Source of the DNA: Microgenomates group bacterium
Lineage (GTDB): Bacteria > Patescibacteriota > Microgenomatia > UBA1400 > UBA12108
Assembly: GCA_049286965.1 (NCBI GenBank)
Contig: JBAQEX010000074.1
Span: 1-43,390, forward strand
Reading direction: 5' to 3'
Length of the DNA: 43,390 nt
The notes under the pieces were generated by a model that was not told the origin of the DNA, ran no database searches, and worked only from the letters and a program-made list of their open reading frames with translations. Position numbers and translations under genes: made by a program. The number at the start of each line of letters is the position of its first letter. Position 1 is the stretch's first letter. Positions 8,951-18,544 of the stretch are shown here, one piece after another.

Positions 8951-9601
8951 TTAAAGAGTTGCCTCTCCCTTGTATACCCAGACTTTGATACCGACGTAAC
9001 CAGACCTGGTGAGTGAAGCGACTTTGGCAAAATCGATGTCAGAACGCAGGGTTTGGGTAGGAATGGTGCCCATGGGATATTTTTCGCTACGGCCGATTTC
9101 GGCGCCGCCAACCCGGCCTGAGACTTGGATTTTAATACCCTTGGCACCAGCTGACATAGCGCGTTCCTGGGCTTGGGAGATAGCACGTCTATGGGGATAG
9201 CGTTTGATGAGCTGTTCAGAAATGCGCTCGCCGATCAATTTGGCTGATAAATCTGGATTTTTGACTTCTTTGACTTCGAGCTGGAATTTGAGGGAAGAGC
9301 TAGCTCCAATGGTCTTGAGATATGATTCGAGTTCTTTTTTGAGGATTTCGAGGCTAGAGCCACCACGACCGATGATGACACCAGGGCGCCCTGCGTGGAT
9401 GATGACTTTGATGATGTTGATAGACCTCTCAATCTCGACGCTGACGATACCAGCCAAAGCTAAGCGCTTGAAAATGAATTGCTTGATTTTGATATCCGCA
9501 AGCACCAAACTTTGATAGTCCTTTTTGGAAGCAAACCAAGTACTGCTGGCTTTGTAAAGGATACCCAATCTAAAGCTGAGAGGATTAACTTTTTGACCCA
9601 T
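8951..9601 (-). CDS. rpsC: 30S ribosomal protein S3
   Basis: 216 aa with S3 KH and C-terminal domain sequence (MGQKVNPLSFRLG, GRPGVIIGRGG, GRVGGAEIGRSE). Confidence 0.96.
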   Translation of the reverse strand: MGQKVNPLSFRLGILYKASSTWFASKKDYQSLVLADIKIKQFIFKRLALAGIVSVEIERSINIIKVIIHAGRPGVIIGRGGSSLEILKKELESYLKTIGASSSLKFQLEVKEVKNPDLSAKLIGERISEQLIKRYPHRRAISQAQERAMSAGAKGIKIQVSGRVGGAEIGRSEKYPMGTIPTQTLRSDIDFAKVASLTRSGYVGIKVWVYKGEATL

Positions 9602-9929
9602 GGTTAATCTCCTCTAGCTCAACTAAAATATGGGCGGTACGTTTCATGATGGAATGAGCCATTCCACGCGAAACTGCTCTGAATCTTTTGTAGGTTGGAC
9701 CTTCTTGGACATCGATGGTTTTGAAAGCTAGTTTGTCTACAGAAAGTCCTTTTTGTTCTTTAGCATTTGCTACAGCTGCATGGATGGCTTTGTACATGGG
9801 CTCTGCTGCTGATTTGCTTGTAAATTTAAGATGTAGCAAAGCTTGCTCAGGTGAGAGCACGCGGACCGCATCGGCTACGAGACGGAGCTTTCTGGCGCTG
9901 GTTCTTATATATTTTTGTATTGTTTTCAT
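9585..9929 (-). CDS. rplV: 50S ribosomal protein L22
   Basis: 114 aa with L22 sequence (IRTSARKLRLVADAVR, GPTYKRFRAVSRGMAHSIMKRTAHI). 17-nt overlap with rpsC. Confidence 0.94.
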   Translation of the reverse strand: MKTIQKYIRTSARKLRLVADAVRVLSPEQALLHLKFTSKSAAEPMYKAIHAAVANAKEQKGLSVDKLAFKTIDVQEGPTYKRFRAVSRGMAHSIMKRTAHILVELEEINHGSKS

Positions 9930-9930
9930 A

Positions 9931-10215
9931 TTATGTTTTGGTCAGTGTGCGTTTAACGATCTTACCGTGACCACGGAAGGTGCGAGTGGGCGAGAACTCA
10001 CCGAGTTTGTGACCTACCATACCTTCGGAGACAAAAACTTCTTTAAAGACCCGGCCATTGTGGACGAGGAAAGTGCAACCTACGAATTCTGGGGGGATAG
10101 TGCAAGCACGAGCCCAAGTTTTGATGGACAATTTGGTCCCGCTCACGCCAGCTTTCATGACTTTGGCCAAAAGCTTGGCATCAATGAATGGACCTTTGGC
10201 GGCACTGCGGCTCAT
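9931..10215 (-). CDS. rpsS: 30S ribosomal protein S19
   Basis: 94 aa with S19 sequence ([38 protein letters not shown]). Confidence 0.97.
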   Translation of the reverse strand: MSRSAAKGPFIDAKLLAKVMKAGVSGTKLSIKTWARACTIPPEFVGCTFLVHNGRVFKEVFVSEGMVGHKLGEFSPTRTFRGHGKIVKRTLTKT

Positions 10216-11043
10216 TTATTTTGCTCTCCTGTCTTTAATTATATATTTGTTCGAATACTTGAACTTGCCACGGGTCTTGTAGCCAAGCGCTGGCTTGCCC
10301 CACGGCGTCTTTGGTCCTGGCATACCGATACCTGATCTGCCCTCACCACCACCATGTGGATGTGAGCCTGGGTGCTGTGCGATACCACGGACAGAGGGAC
10401 GCCAACCCATATGGCGTTTGCGACCAGCTTTTCCGATCTTGCGGTTCTTATGTTCCAGATTTGAGACCTGGCCGATTGTAGCAAAACATTCGCCTTTAAT
10501 CAATCTTACTTCGCCTGAGGGAAGTTTGACAGTGACAAATTCGCCTTCTTTGGATTGAATCATGGCCATAGTGCCTGCAGAGCGCACGATTTGACCACCT
10601 CGACCTGATTTTAGCTCGAGATTGTGGATTGGCAAGCCAATGGGGATTTTTTTCATGGGAAGTGAGTTACCTACTTTGGGCTCAGCATCAGGTCCTGAAA
10701 CGATCAGGGAGTCGACTGCCAAGGTATCTGGAGCGAGGATATAGCGTTTTTCACCATCTCTGTAATAGAGTAGCGCGATATTGGCGGATCTGTTTGGATC
10801 GTATTCCAGCGAGACTACGCGAGCTTCAACACCAGGTTTGTTGCGTTTGTAATCGATGATACGATACCTACGCTTTTCACCACCACCGCGATGACGAGTA
10901 GTGACATGGCCGTGTGCATTGCGACCAGAATTTTGCTTGTGGGGTGAGGTCAAGGACTTTTCTGGACTAGTAGCGGTGAGTCCACGGTCAAAACTGACTT
11001 GGTGACGACGTCCTGCTGAGGTAGGTTTTTTGGCTTTTAACAT
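10216..11043 (-). CDS. rplB: 50S ribosomal protein L2
   Basis: 275 aa with L2 sequence (GGGEKRRYRIIDYKR, RGIAQHPGSHPHGGGEGRS). Confidence 0.97.
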   Translation of the reverse strand: MLKAKKPTSAGRRHQVSFDRGLTATSPEKSLTSPHKQNSGRNAHGHVTTRHRGGGEKRRYRIIDYKRNKPGVEARVVSLEYDPNRSANIALLYYRDGEKRYILAPDTLAVDSLIVSGPDAEPKVGNSLPMKKIPIGLPIHNLELKSGRGGQIVRSAGTMAMIQSKEGEFVTVKLPSGEVRLIKGECFATIGQVSNLEHKNRKIGKAGRKRHMGWRPSVRGIAQHPGSHPHGGGEGRSGIGMPGPKTPWGKPALGYKTRGKFKYSNKYIIKDRRAK

Positions 11044-11044
11044 A

Positions 11045-11332
11045 TTACTTTCCCTCTTTCAGATCAAATAACTCGATGGTCTGACCTTTTTTGAGTTTTA
11101 GCATAGCAAATTTCTTTTGGGAGGCGTTGCCTGTTAGTCGTTTGCTACCGGTTGATTTGGCTGGGACGTGACGCCTAGACATGTTGATACTAATGACGTT
11201 GACCTTGAAGGCCGTTTCTACCTCGATTTTGACCTGAGATTTGGAAGTGTCTAAAGCAACCTCAAAGGTATAAATCCCGCCCCTAGCTGACATCATGGAT
11301 TTTTCGGTGATGACTGGGTGGATTAGCGTCAT
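11045..11332 (-). CDS. rplW: 50S ribosomal protein L23
   Basis: 95 aa with L23 sequence (HPVITEKS, YTFEV). Position between rplD and rplB. Confidence 0.92.
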   Translation of the reverse strand: MTLIHPVITEKSMMSARGGIYTFEVALDTSKSQVKIEVETAFKVNVISINMSRRHVPAKSTGSKRLTGNASQKKFAMLKLKKGQTIELFDLKEGK

Positions 11333-11955
11333 ATGGACCTCGCAGTGATAGCCGCTAAGGCTTTTTTGGTAAGTATTAGAGAATCTACAGATACTAAGTC
11401 AAGGGCATTGACAAGGGAAGCGCGTTTCATGGTGACGCCCTGAAGATTGCCAATAGATTGATAGAGCGAAGTGGCCTTGTCGCTAGTTACGATAAGTACT
11501 TTGTTTTTGGGGTGGGCAACGATAGAAGACAAGAGTTTGACCATACTGGCGGTCTTGCCAGCGAATTTTTTGACTCCTGAGATCCCTACAATGGCATTAT
11601 CCTCGAGTTTGGACTGCATGGCTGCGGAGAGGGCGCGTCTGCGCATAGCTTTGGGTAGAACCATATTTTGTGGTCTGACGCCAGTTGGACCATGTGCAAT
11701 ACCACCACCCACAAAGATTGGAGCATATTTGGCGCCGTGGCGGGCATTGCCGGTACCTTTTTGGCGATAGATTTTACGGGTTGAACCATTGACCTCACCA
11801 CGAGTTAAGACTTTGTGAGTTTTTTGATGAGAGTTGGAGGTATAAACACGAACTGCTTGGGAAAGAATTGCGTCGTTTTGGACACCAAAAATCTTGTCCT
11901 CGAGTTGCCAGGAATCTAGTTCTTTGCCCTTGAGGTCGTAGACTTTGATATTCAT
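11329..11955 (-). CDS. rplD: 50S ribosomal protein L4
   Basis: 208 aa with L4 sequence ([24 protein letters not shown]). Confidence 0.95.
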   Translation of the reverse strand: MNIKVYDLKGKELDSWQLEDKIFGVQNDAILSQAVRVYTSNSHQKTHKVLTRGEVNGSTRKIYRQKGTGNARHGAKYAPIFVGGGIAHGPTGVRPQNMVLPKAMRRRALSAAMQSKLEDNAIVGISGVKKFAGKTASMVKLLSSIVAHPKNKVLIVTSDKATSLYQSIGNLQGVTMKRASLVNALDLVSVDSLILTKKALAAITARSI

Positions 11956-11956
11956 A

Positions 11957-12619
11957 TTATTCCTTTGACCCTTCGACTACTGGTTCGGCTACTTTTGGGA
12001 GACCGCCAGTTAAATAGGAGATGACGCCCGCGTCTTTTTGGTCGACTACTTCAATGCGTACTAAAGAATGTCTGGCACCTGGTACAGGACCTGTGACCCA
12101 GATGGTGTTATCTGCTTCATTAAACGAAACAATCATGGACTGTTTGACGGTCACGGTATCTGAGCCCATCCGCCCTGCCATTTTCTTGCCTTTGTGGACA
12201 CGACCGGGAGTAGTGCCCTGGCCGATAGAACCTGGCGCACGTAGACGATCGGACTGACCGTGAGTACGAGGACCGCCAGCAAAATTCCAGCGTTTGACGA
12301 CGCCAGCAAAACCCTTGCCTTTGGAAGTACCTTGGATGTCACAGATTGAACCGACTGAAACTACATCTTTGGGAGCGATAACTGAACCTACTTCTAAACC
12401 TTCGGCAAAAGTGATTTCGCGGTTTTTGCCGACAGTTCTTTTGGAGTGTTTTTTGGGTTTGCCAAAGCCTACCTGCAAAGCAGCATAACCATCTTTTTCG
12501 ACGGTTTTAAGCTGAGAAACGGTCATGGGGTAGAGCGCGATTTTGGTCGCACCGCGACGAGTCTCGCCTAGATAGACTTCCCCCATTTCAATTTTTTTAC
12601 CGTATATTACTTTGGTCAT
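11957..12619 (-). CDS. rplC: 50S ribosomal protein L3
   Basis: 220 aa with L3 sequence (GTSKGKGFAGVVKRWNFAGGPRTHGQS, RAPGSIG). Confidence 0.96.
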   Translation of the reverse strand: MTKVIYGKKIEMGEVYLGETRRGATKIALYPMTVSQLKTVEKDGYAALQVGFGKPKKHSKRTVGKNREITFAEGLEVGSVIAPKDVVSVGSICDIQGTSKGKGFAGVVKRWNFAGGPRTHGQSDRLRAPGSIGQGTTPGRVHKGKKMAGRMGSDTVTVKQSMIVSFNEADNTIWVTGPVPGARHSLVRIEVVDQKDAGVISYLTGGLPKVAEPVVEGSKE

Positions 12620-12626
12620 AGAATTA

Positions 12627-12935
12627 TTACATCTTTACTTCGATGCCTACTCCTGCTGGAAGCTCGAGGTGCATGAGCGCGTCAATGGTCTTGCCGGTTG
12701 GACTACCGATATCGATTAAACGTTTGTGAGTCAAAATCTGGAAATGCTCACGAGCGTTTTTGTCGACGTGAGGACTAGTCAAAACTACCATGAGCTTGCG
12801 TCTGGTAGGCAAGGGAACTGGGCCAATGATACTAGCTCCAGTAGAAATGGCGGTATCGACAATTTTTTGAGCGGCTTCGTCGATGACTCTATGGTCAAAT
12901 GATTTGAGCTTGACTCTAATTCGTTGTGCTACCAT
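12627..12935 (-). CDS. rpsJ: 30S ribosomal protein S10
   Basis: 102 aa with S10 sequence (RIRVKLKSFDHRVID, GPVPLPT, RHFEI-like REHFQILTHKRLIDI). Confidence 0.96.
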   Translation of the reverse strand: MVAQRIRVKLKSFDHRVIDEAAQKIVDTAISTGASIIGPVPLPTRRKLMVVLTSPHVDKNAREHFQILTHKRLIDIGSPTGKTIDALMHLELPAGVGIEVKM

Positions 12936-12957
12936 ACTTGGTCCCTTTTTTAATTTT

Positions 12958-12993
12958 AAGTGAGGAGTGCTACTGTAGTAGGACTCCTCACTT
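12958..12993 (-). promoter_or_regulatory. 36-nt near-perfect palindrome (hairpin) in the tuf-rpsJ spacer
   Basis: AAGTGAGGAGT-G-CTACT-GT-AGTAG-G-ACTCCTCACTT. The 11-bp outer stem is perfect. No U-tract follows on either strand, so function is unknown (processing or attenuation site?). A TATAAT-like hexamer lies on the minus strand at 13028-13033. Confidence 0.3.
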
Positions 12994-13039
12994 ATGCTCT
13001 ATGAGGGTAACTCATGAGCTAATTTTTGTATATTATACC

Positions 13040-14239
13040 TTATTTCTTGGCGTCAGCCAAGATTTTGGTGATCACACCAGCACCCACAGTCTTGCCACCT
13101 TCGCGGATAGCAAAGCGGAGACCTTCTTCCATGGCGACTGGGACGATGAGTTTGACGGTCATTTTGGCGTTGTCGCCAGGCATAACCATCTCAACGCCTT
13201 CTGGGAGTTTGATGTCACCGGTCACGTCAGTAGTGCGGACGTAGAACTGAGGTTTGTAACCAGAGAAGAATGGAGTGTGACGTCCACCCTCTTCCTTGGT
13301 GAGTACGTAGACTTCGGCTTCGAAGTCGGTGTGAGGTTTGATACTGCCTGGCTTGGCAATAACTTGACCGCGTTCGATATCTTCTTTTTCAATACCGCGA
13401 AGCAGTACTCCCACGTTGTCGCCAGCTTGACCTTCGTCGAGTTGTTTGCGGAACATTTCCACACCGGTAACGACGGTTTTTTTGTCTTTACCCATACCGA
13501 CGACTTCCATTTCCTCGCCGACTTTACAGACACCTCTTTCAATACGACCAGTGGCAACTGTGCCGCGGCCTTTGATAGAGAAGACGTCTTCAACTGGCAT
13601 GAGGAATGGCTTGTCGAGGGCGCGCTCTGGAGTAGGAATATATTCGTCGACTTTGTCCATGAGCTCTTGGATCTTGGCTTCCCAGGCTGGGTCACCTTCC
13701 AAAGCTTTGAGAGCGGAAACACGAACGATCGGGATTTCGTCTCCTGGATATTGATATTTGGTCAAGAGATCGCGGATTTCCATCTCGACTAGGTCAAGAA
13801 GCTCAGCGTCATCAACCATGTCGCATTTGTTTAGCGCAACAACTAGTTTAGGGACGTTGACTTGGTGAGCCAAAAGGATGTGCTCGCGGGTCTGAGGCAT
13901 GGGACCATCTGTCGCGGCTACCACGAGGATAGCCCCATCCATCTGAGCAGCACCGGTGATCATGTTTTTGATGTAGTCAGCATGGCCTGGAGCATCGATG
14001 TGGGCGTAGTGACGTTTCTCGGTTTCGTATTCTTGATGGGAAAGATTGATCGTGACACCACGCTGTCTTTCTTCTGGAGCAGAGTCGATATCAGCATATG
14101 ACTTGGCGGTGGCTAAACCCTTTTTGGCGAGAACGGTCGTAATGGCTGCAGTGAGGGTAGTTTTGCCGTGGTCGACGTGACCGATGGTCCCGATGTTGAT
14201 ATGTGGTTTACTGCGTACATATTTAGCGACGTCTGCCAT
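13040..14239 (-). CDS. tuf: elongation factor Tu
   Basis: 399 aa with GTPase motifs [14 protein letters not shown] (in [10 protein letters not shown]), NKCD, SALKA. SD AAGGAG upstream. Confidence 0.98.
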   Translation of the reverse strand: MADVAKYVRSKPHINIGTIGHVDHGKTTLTAAITTVLAKKGLATAKSYADIDSAPEERQRGVTINLSHQEYETEKRHYAHIDAPGHADYIKNMITGAAQMDGAILVVAATDGPMPQTREHILLAHQVNVPKLVVALNKCDMVDDAELLDLVEMEIRDLLTKYQYPGDEIPIVRVSALKALEGDPAWEAKIQELMDKVDEYIPTPERALDKPFLMPVEDVFSIKGRGTVATGRIERGVCKVGEEMEVVGMGKDKKTVVTGVEMFRKQLDEGQAGDNVGVLLRGIEKEDIERGQVIAKPGSIKPHTDFEAEVYVLTKEEGGRHTPFFSGYKPQFYVRTTDVTGDIKLPEGVEMVMPGDNAKMTVKLIVPVAMEEGLRFAIREGGKTVGAGVITKILADAKK

Positions 14240-14250
14240 ATGGATTCTCC

Positions 14251-16377
14251 TTACTTGTTTTCTTTATTAATAATTTTTTCAGCAATGTTGCTGGGAACGG
14301 GTTCGTAATGAGACATTTCCATGTACGAACTGGCTCGACCTTGGGTCATGCTTCTGAGTATTGTAACATAGCGAGATAGCTCAGACAAGGGAACGGTGGC
14401 AGTGATGACGCGCACGTTACCACGCTGAGTACTACCCAAGACTTGACCACGTTTACTGGAGATATCACCGATCACGTCACCCATGAATTCTTCGGGGGTT
14501 GTGATCTCGAGTTTCATGATGGGCTCGAGGATAATCGGATTGGCGTTTCTCACGGCCGATTGAATAGCCATAGAGCCAGCGATCTTGAAAGCAATTTCAC
14601 TTGAGTCAACATCGTGGAACGAGCCGTCGTAGAGCGTGATTTCGATGTCTACCAAGTTGTAGCCCGCAATGATCCCGTTTTCGAGGGCTTCTCTGACACC
14701 TTTTTCAACAGGGGCGATAAATTCTTTGGGAATTGATCCTCCGACGATGGCGTTGACGAATTTGATGCCTTCGCCACGAGCCAGAGGTTTGATCCGGATC
14801 AAACAGTGACCGTATTGACCACGACCACCGGATTGTTTGATGTATTTACCTTCGGCTTGAGCATCTTTGGTGATCGTCTCGCGGTAGGCTACCTGAGGAT
14901 TGCCGACGTTGGCGTCGACGTTGAATTCGCGTTTCATGCGATCGACGATGATCTCGAGGTGGAGCTCACCCATGCCGGCGATCAAGGTCTGACCAGTTTC
15001 CTGGTTGGTGCGAATTTTGAACGTAGGATCTTCTTCGGCTAATCTAGCTAGGGCCATACCCATCTTTTCTTGATCGGCTTTGGTTTTGGGTTCGATAGAG
15101 AGACTGATCACGGGCTCGGCGAAAGAGATGCCTTCTAAAACGATGGGGTGTTCGGGGACGCAGAGGGTGTCGCCAGTGCGTGTATCTTTCATGCCGACAA
15201 CACCTACAATCTCGCCAGCTTCGGCAAATGGGACTTCTTCGCGATCGTTGGCGTGCATGAGCACGAGACGACCGACCCGCTCGGTCTTGTCGCGAGTGGC
15301 GTTGTAGATATAGCTACCACTGGTGATCTTGCCTGAGTAGATGCGGAGATAGGTGAGCTTGCCGATGTGGGGATCTGCTTGGATTTTGAAGGATAGCCCG
15401 GCAAAAGGCTCTTTGACGTCGGGGTGGCGGACTGCGACCTCGTCGGTCCCTGGAATCTTGCCTTCGGCTGGGGGAACATCAAGTGGAGATGGGAGATAGT
15501 CGACTACACCGTCGAGTAAAGGCTGGACCCCTTTGTTACGCAGAGACGTACCACAATACATCGGGACGAGTTTGTAGGCAATGGTAGCAGCACGGAGCGC
15601 TTTTTTGAGTTCAACGAGGGTCGGAACTTCACCATTTAGGTATTTCTCAAGCAGAACGTCATCGGTTTCACAGATTTGCTCAATGAGCTTGGCGCGCTCG
15701 GCGGCGATTTCTTCGACCATGTCTTCTGGGATAGGACCGACCTCGTATTTAGCGCCAGTTTCATCACCCATCCAGATGACGGACTGTTCTTCAAGCAACA
15801 TGACGACACCTTTAAATGAGTTTTCAGCGCCGATTGGATAAGTAACGATCGCGGTCTTGGCACCGAGTTTTTCTTCGACGTCTTTGAGTGTGTGTTTGAA
15901 ATCGGCACCCATTTTGTCCATTTTGTTGACGAAACAAATACGAGGTACTTTGTATTTATCGGCTTGGCGCCAGACAGTTTCTGATTGGGACTGGACTCCT
16001 TCTTCGGCGTCGAGTACGGTCACACCACCATCAAGCACGCGGAGAGACCGCTCTACTTCGGCGGTAAAGTCGACGTGTCCGGGAGTGTCGATCAAGTTGA
16101 TGCGATATTGGTCAGTAAAGAGGCTCTTTGGAAGTTTGGGGGTCCAGAAAGTGGTGGTGGCAGCTGAGACGATGGTGATACCGCGCTCTTTTTCTTGCTC
16201 CATCCAGTCCATCTGGGTGTTGCCTTCGTCGATGTCGCCGATTTTGTAGGACTTGCCGGTGTAGAAGAGGATACGTTCACTGGTTGTGGTTTTGCCGGCG
16301 TCGATGTGGGCGATGATGCCGATGTTGCGGATTTTGTCCATTGCAAGCTGACGATCTTGAGTTTTGACGATGGCCAT
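14251..16377 (-). CDS. fusA: elongation factor G
   Basis: 708 aa with [22 protein letters not shown]. Full EF-G domain complement by length. Confidence 0.98.
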   Translation of the reverse strand: MAIVKTQDRQLAMDKIRNIGIIAHIDAGKTTTSERILFYTGKSYKIGDIDEGNTQMDWMEQEKERGITIVSAATTTFWTPKLPKSLFTDQYRINLIDTPGHVDFTAEVERSLRVLDGGVTVLDAEEGVQSQSETVWRQADKYKVPRICFVNKMDKMGADFKHTLKDVEEKLGAKTAIVTYPIGAENSFKGVVMLLEEQSVIWMGDETGAKYEVGPIPEDMVEEIAAERAKLIEQICETDDVLLEKYLNGEVPTLVELKKALRAATIAYKLVPMYCGTSLRNKGVQPLLDGVVDYLPSPLDVPPAEGKIPGTDEVAVRHPDVKEPFAGLSFKIQADPHIGKLTYLRIYSGKITSGSYIYNATRDKTERVGRLVLMHANDREEVPFAEAGEIVGVVGMKDTRTGDTLCVPEHPIVLEGISFAEPVISLSIEPKTKADQEKMGMALARLAEEDPTFKIRTNQETGQTLIAGMGELHLEIIVDRMKREFNVDANVGNPQVAYRETITKDAQAEGKYIKQSGGRGQYGHCLIRIKPLARGEGIKFVNAIVGGSIPKEFIAPVEKGVREALENGIIAGYNLVDIEITLYDGSFHDVDSSEIAFKIAGSMAIQSAVRNANPIILEPIMKLEITTPEEFMGDVIGDISSKRGQVLGSTQRGNVRVITATVPLSELSRYVTILRSMTQGRASSYMEMSHYEPVPSNIAEKIINKENK

Positions 16378-16385
16378 ATACTTTT

Positions 16386-16415
16386 AAATTCCAATAATCA
16401 AATTACAAATTCCAA
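16386..16415. promoter_or_regulatory. two identical 9-mers AAATTCCAA (21-nt period) in the fusA/tgt divergent spacer
   Basis: Read directly at 16386-16394 and 16407-16415 in the 77-nt A+T-rich spacer between divergent fusA and tgt. Candidate operator or promoter element only. Confidence 0.2.
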
Positions 16416-16454
16416 ACAAAGGGAACTTGAATAAATAAATAATTACTCAAACGA

Positions 16455-17630
16455 ATGAGGCGGAAGTTATTGTACCTCACCAGACCACTCTTTGTCGAGA
16501 CGACTGTTATACTACGAGCTATGCAAAATAATTTTAGAAAACTGGATGGAACTACACTGCCCTATCCCTTGTTTTTCCCGGATGCTACAAGGGGTGAGGT
16601 ACGGCAACTCACGTTTGATGATGTCAAGAAGGTGGGACTGCCAGGGATACTCGTGAATACTTTTCATTTACTGCGACTGGTGGGTACAGATAAAACGATG
16701 GAAGCTGGTGGTATACATAAATACCTCGGGTGGGATCAGGCTATGATCTCGGACTCTGGAGGATTCCAGGTGATGTCGATCGCGAAAAAAGGCGGGGGTA
16801 ACAGCACGGTGACGGATGAGGGGGTCACTTTTACTATGGACGGAGTCGACCATCACTTCTCCCCTGAAGACTCGATCAGATATCAAATGACAATGGGAAC
16901 TGATTTGATGGTAGTACTCGATGACTTCACCCCGCCGGATGCGACGTACGAGGAAGCTGAGGATACGGTGAGGCGCACGACACTGTGGGCGAAGAGGTGC
17001 AAGAAGGAGTTTGAGAGACTGCATAGTTCCGAACCTTGTAATTCACAAAGTTCGGAACTAGGGCGACAGCGACCATACTTGATTGGGGTCGTGCAAGGGG
17101 CTTACTTTGATGACCTGCGCATGCGAAGCATTAAAGACCTGGTGGAAATTGGATTTGATGGGTATGGCTATGGTGGATGGCCCATGAAAGACGGAAAATT
17201 TGACGAGGAGATGGCGAAATTGATCGCACGGGCGACCGTAAAGGTCGCCCCTACAGCATTGTTGTATGGTCTGGGGATTGGGAAACCGGACGATATCGTG
17301 AAATGTGTGAAACTGGGATACCAAATATTTGATTGTGTCCTACCCACTCGCGACGCCCGTCATGGGAGACTGTATGTTTATACCGATGAATCGATTGATC
17401 GGATCAATGTACAAAAAGATGGGTTTTACGAATTTTATAATCCGAGGCAAGCGTTGCATTTGGAGGAGAATATCCCCGTTTCAAGCGCCTGCGACTGCGA
17501 ATTGTGCACGACCCTAACTCGGGCGGAGTTTGCGACGATGTGGAGAGCAAAAGACGAGCGCGTGTTGCGATTAGCCACGATTCATAATCTCAGGTTTTAT
17601 GCGATACTAATGGAGAAATTGAGAAAGTGA
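16455..17630 (+). CDS. tgt: tRNA-guanine transglycosylase (queuine/preQ1 tRNA-ribosyltransferase family)
   Basis: 391 aa with SDSGGFQV, VLDDF, GVVQG, FDGYGYGG, DCVLPTRDARHG, zinc site CDCELC...H and IHNLRFY. Alternative ATG at 16521. Contains an in-frame REP-like hairpin (17227-17254) and a palindrome (17383-17402). Confidence 0.85.
   Translation: MRRKLLYLTRPLFVETTVILRAMQNNFRKLDGTTLPYPLFFPDATRGEVRQLTFDDVKKVGLPGILVNTFHLLRLVGTDKTMEAGGIHKYLGWDQAMISDSGGFQVMSIAKKGGGNSTVTDEGVTFTMDGVDHHFSPEDSIRYQMTMGTDLMVVLDDFTPPDATYEEAEDTVRRTTLWAKRCKKEFERLHSSEPCNSQSSELGRQRPYLIGVVQGAYFDDLRMRSIKDLVEIGFDGYGYGGWPMKDGKFDEEMAKLIARATVKVAPTALLYGLGIGKPDDIVKCVKLGYQIFDCVLPTRDARHGRLYVYTDESIDRINVQKDGFYEFYNPRQALHLEENIPVSSACDCELCTTLTRAEFATMWRAKDERVLRLATIHNLRFYAILMEKLRK
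17227..17254 (-). repeat. REP-like hairpin copy a (inside tgt, in frame)
   Basis: cacGGGCGACCgtaaaGGTCGCCCctac, 27/28 identical to copy b. Encodes ARATVKVAPT in the tgt frame. Confidence 0.8.
17383..17402. repeat. palindrome family copy 2, CCGATGAATCGATTGATCGG (inside tgt)
   Basis: 19/20 palindromic. With flanks, 22 of 23 nt are identical to copy 1 (TACCGATGAATCGATT[G/C]ATCGGA). Encodes TDESIDR. Confidence 0.6.
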
Positions 17631-17642
17631 TATGATGGTGAC

Positions 17643-17951
17643 GTGGTAGAGATAATTGCTATTGTGGTTGGACTTTGGTTGCTGGGAGTGATAAAGATAC
17701 CCTGGATGAACATGCCGCACTTCCCCGTATTTTCGGTTTTTGGATATTCGATTACGATAGAACGATTGCTCATTTTGGGAATATTGATTTGGCTGGCCTC
17801 GAGTTTGGGATCACCTTTTAGACAAATGTTGTGGGTATTTTTCATCTTGTGGTTGCTGTCGACGCTTGGGTTAATTGGTGCAATTGCGATGGGGACATTG
17901 ATTCTCGTGTCGGTCGTGGTTGGATTGATTTTATCGGTGATACAAAAATGA
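17643..17951 (+). CDS. hypothetical small integral membrane protein
   Basis: 102 aa, GTG start 13 nt after the tgt stop, hydrophobic throughout (about 3-4 TM segments). No family recognised. Confidence 0.55.
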   Translation: MVEIIAIVVGLWLLGVIKIPWMNMPHFPVFSVFGYSITIERLLILGILIWLASSLGSPFRQMLWVFFILWLLSTLGLIGAIAMGTLILVSVVVGLILSVIQK

Positions 17952-17966
17952 TCATGTTGATTAATG

Positions 17967-18004
17967 AATCACACGGGCGACCGTGAAGGTCGCCCCTACG
18001 AATA
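17967..18004 (-). repeat. REP-like element copy b
   Basis: aatcacacGGGCGACCgtgaaGGTCGCCCctacgaata. On the minus strand it reads GTAG followed by an 8-bp GC hairpin. Confidence 0.85.
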
Positions 18005-18026
18005 TATGCATTTCCAATTTTGGGCA

Positions 18027-18064
18027 AATCGCACCGGCGACCATAAAGGTCGCCCCTACGAATA
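18027..18064 (-). repeat. REP-like element copy c (overlaps the RAYT stop codon)
   Basis: aatcgcacCGGCGACCataaaGGTCGCCCctacgaata. Direct repeat of copy b exactly 60 nt away. The CTA of ctac (18056-18058) is the RAYT TAG stop. Confidence 0.85.
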
Positions 18065-18544
18065 AAATTTATCCTTGGTCCAATTGGCGGGGTTATTGCG
18101 AATATATTTTTGAATTCGTATCAAATCATCCTCATCACGAATGATGTGTTCATAATAATTTCTTTGCCATAATTTTCCAATAAATTTGTCCTTAATTTTT
18201 GCCAATTCCAAACATTCATGAAAAACCCGTGATTTATACGCACCAATTATTTGTCCCAATGTAGGGGCGACCACACGGCTCGCCCGGAGCCCGATAATGA
18301 CATGCAAATGATTTGGCATGATCACATATTCATCCAATACAACCAAGGGAAAATGTATTATTAATTGCAATAACTCTTTTTCTAAAATCCTGCCATATGG
18401 TGACATGAAGGCGCGATTTTCGACAACCTTACCTAGAAGACATGCGTGATCCTGTGTGCAAATCGTTACAAAATATAAATTATTCGAGGAATAATCAAAA
18501 TCGCGTAGACGAATGGAGCGGCGGACAGGCACGTCTTTATCCAT
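18056..18544 (-). mobile_element. REP-associated tyrosine transposase (RAYT, IS200/IS605-like Y1 HUH enzyme)
   Basis: 162 aa with HUH motif MPNHLHVII, conserved APTLGQIIGAYKS and WQRNYYEHIIRDEDD (Tyr region), and YIRNNP. Flanked by GTAG-footed REP hairpins. A+T-rich (spot count about 25% G+C at 18101-18160). Confidence 0.8.
18261..18287 (+). repeat. REP-like hairpin copy d (inverted, inside the RAYT gene)
   Basis: GTAGGGGCGACCacacGGCTCGCCCgg. Opposite orientation to copies a-c. Encodes RASRVVAPT in the RAYT frame. Confidence 0.7.

Noticed and set aside
12958-12993. Calling the tuf-rpsJ hairpin, the 35417-35503 stem or the palindrome copies Rho-independent terminators
   Set aside because: None is followed by a U-tract on the transcribed strand. 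The T-run near 12945-12957 lies on the wrong side of the hairpin.
12926-13792. 288-aa plus-strand ORF antisense to tuf
   Set aside because: It lies entirely opposite a strongly conserved EF-Tu gene. Its product is compositionally odd (F/D/H/V-rich) with no recognisable motif, the classic long antisense ORF of a high-GC3 gene.
17842-18027. 61-aa minus-strand ORF containing RRGDLHGRPCD, and ORF 17058-17324 containing CCRGDLYGRPCD
   Set aside because: The shared peptide is simply the reverse-frame translation of the REP hairpin (GGGCGACC..GGTCGCCC). The first ORF spans intergenic REPs and the second is antisense to tgt.
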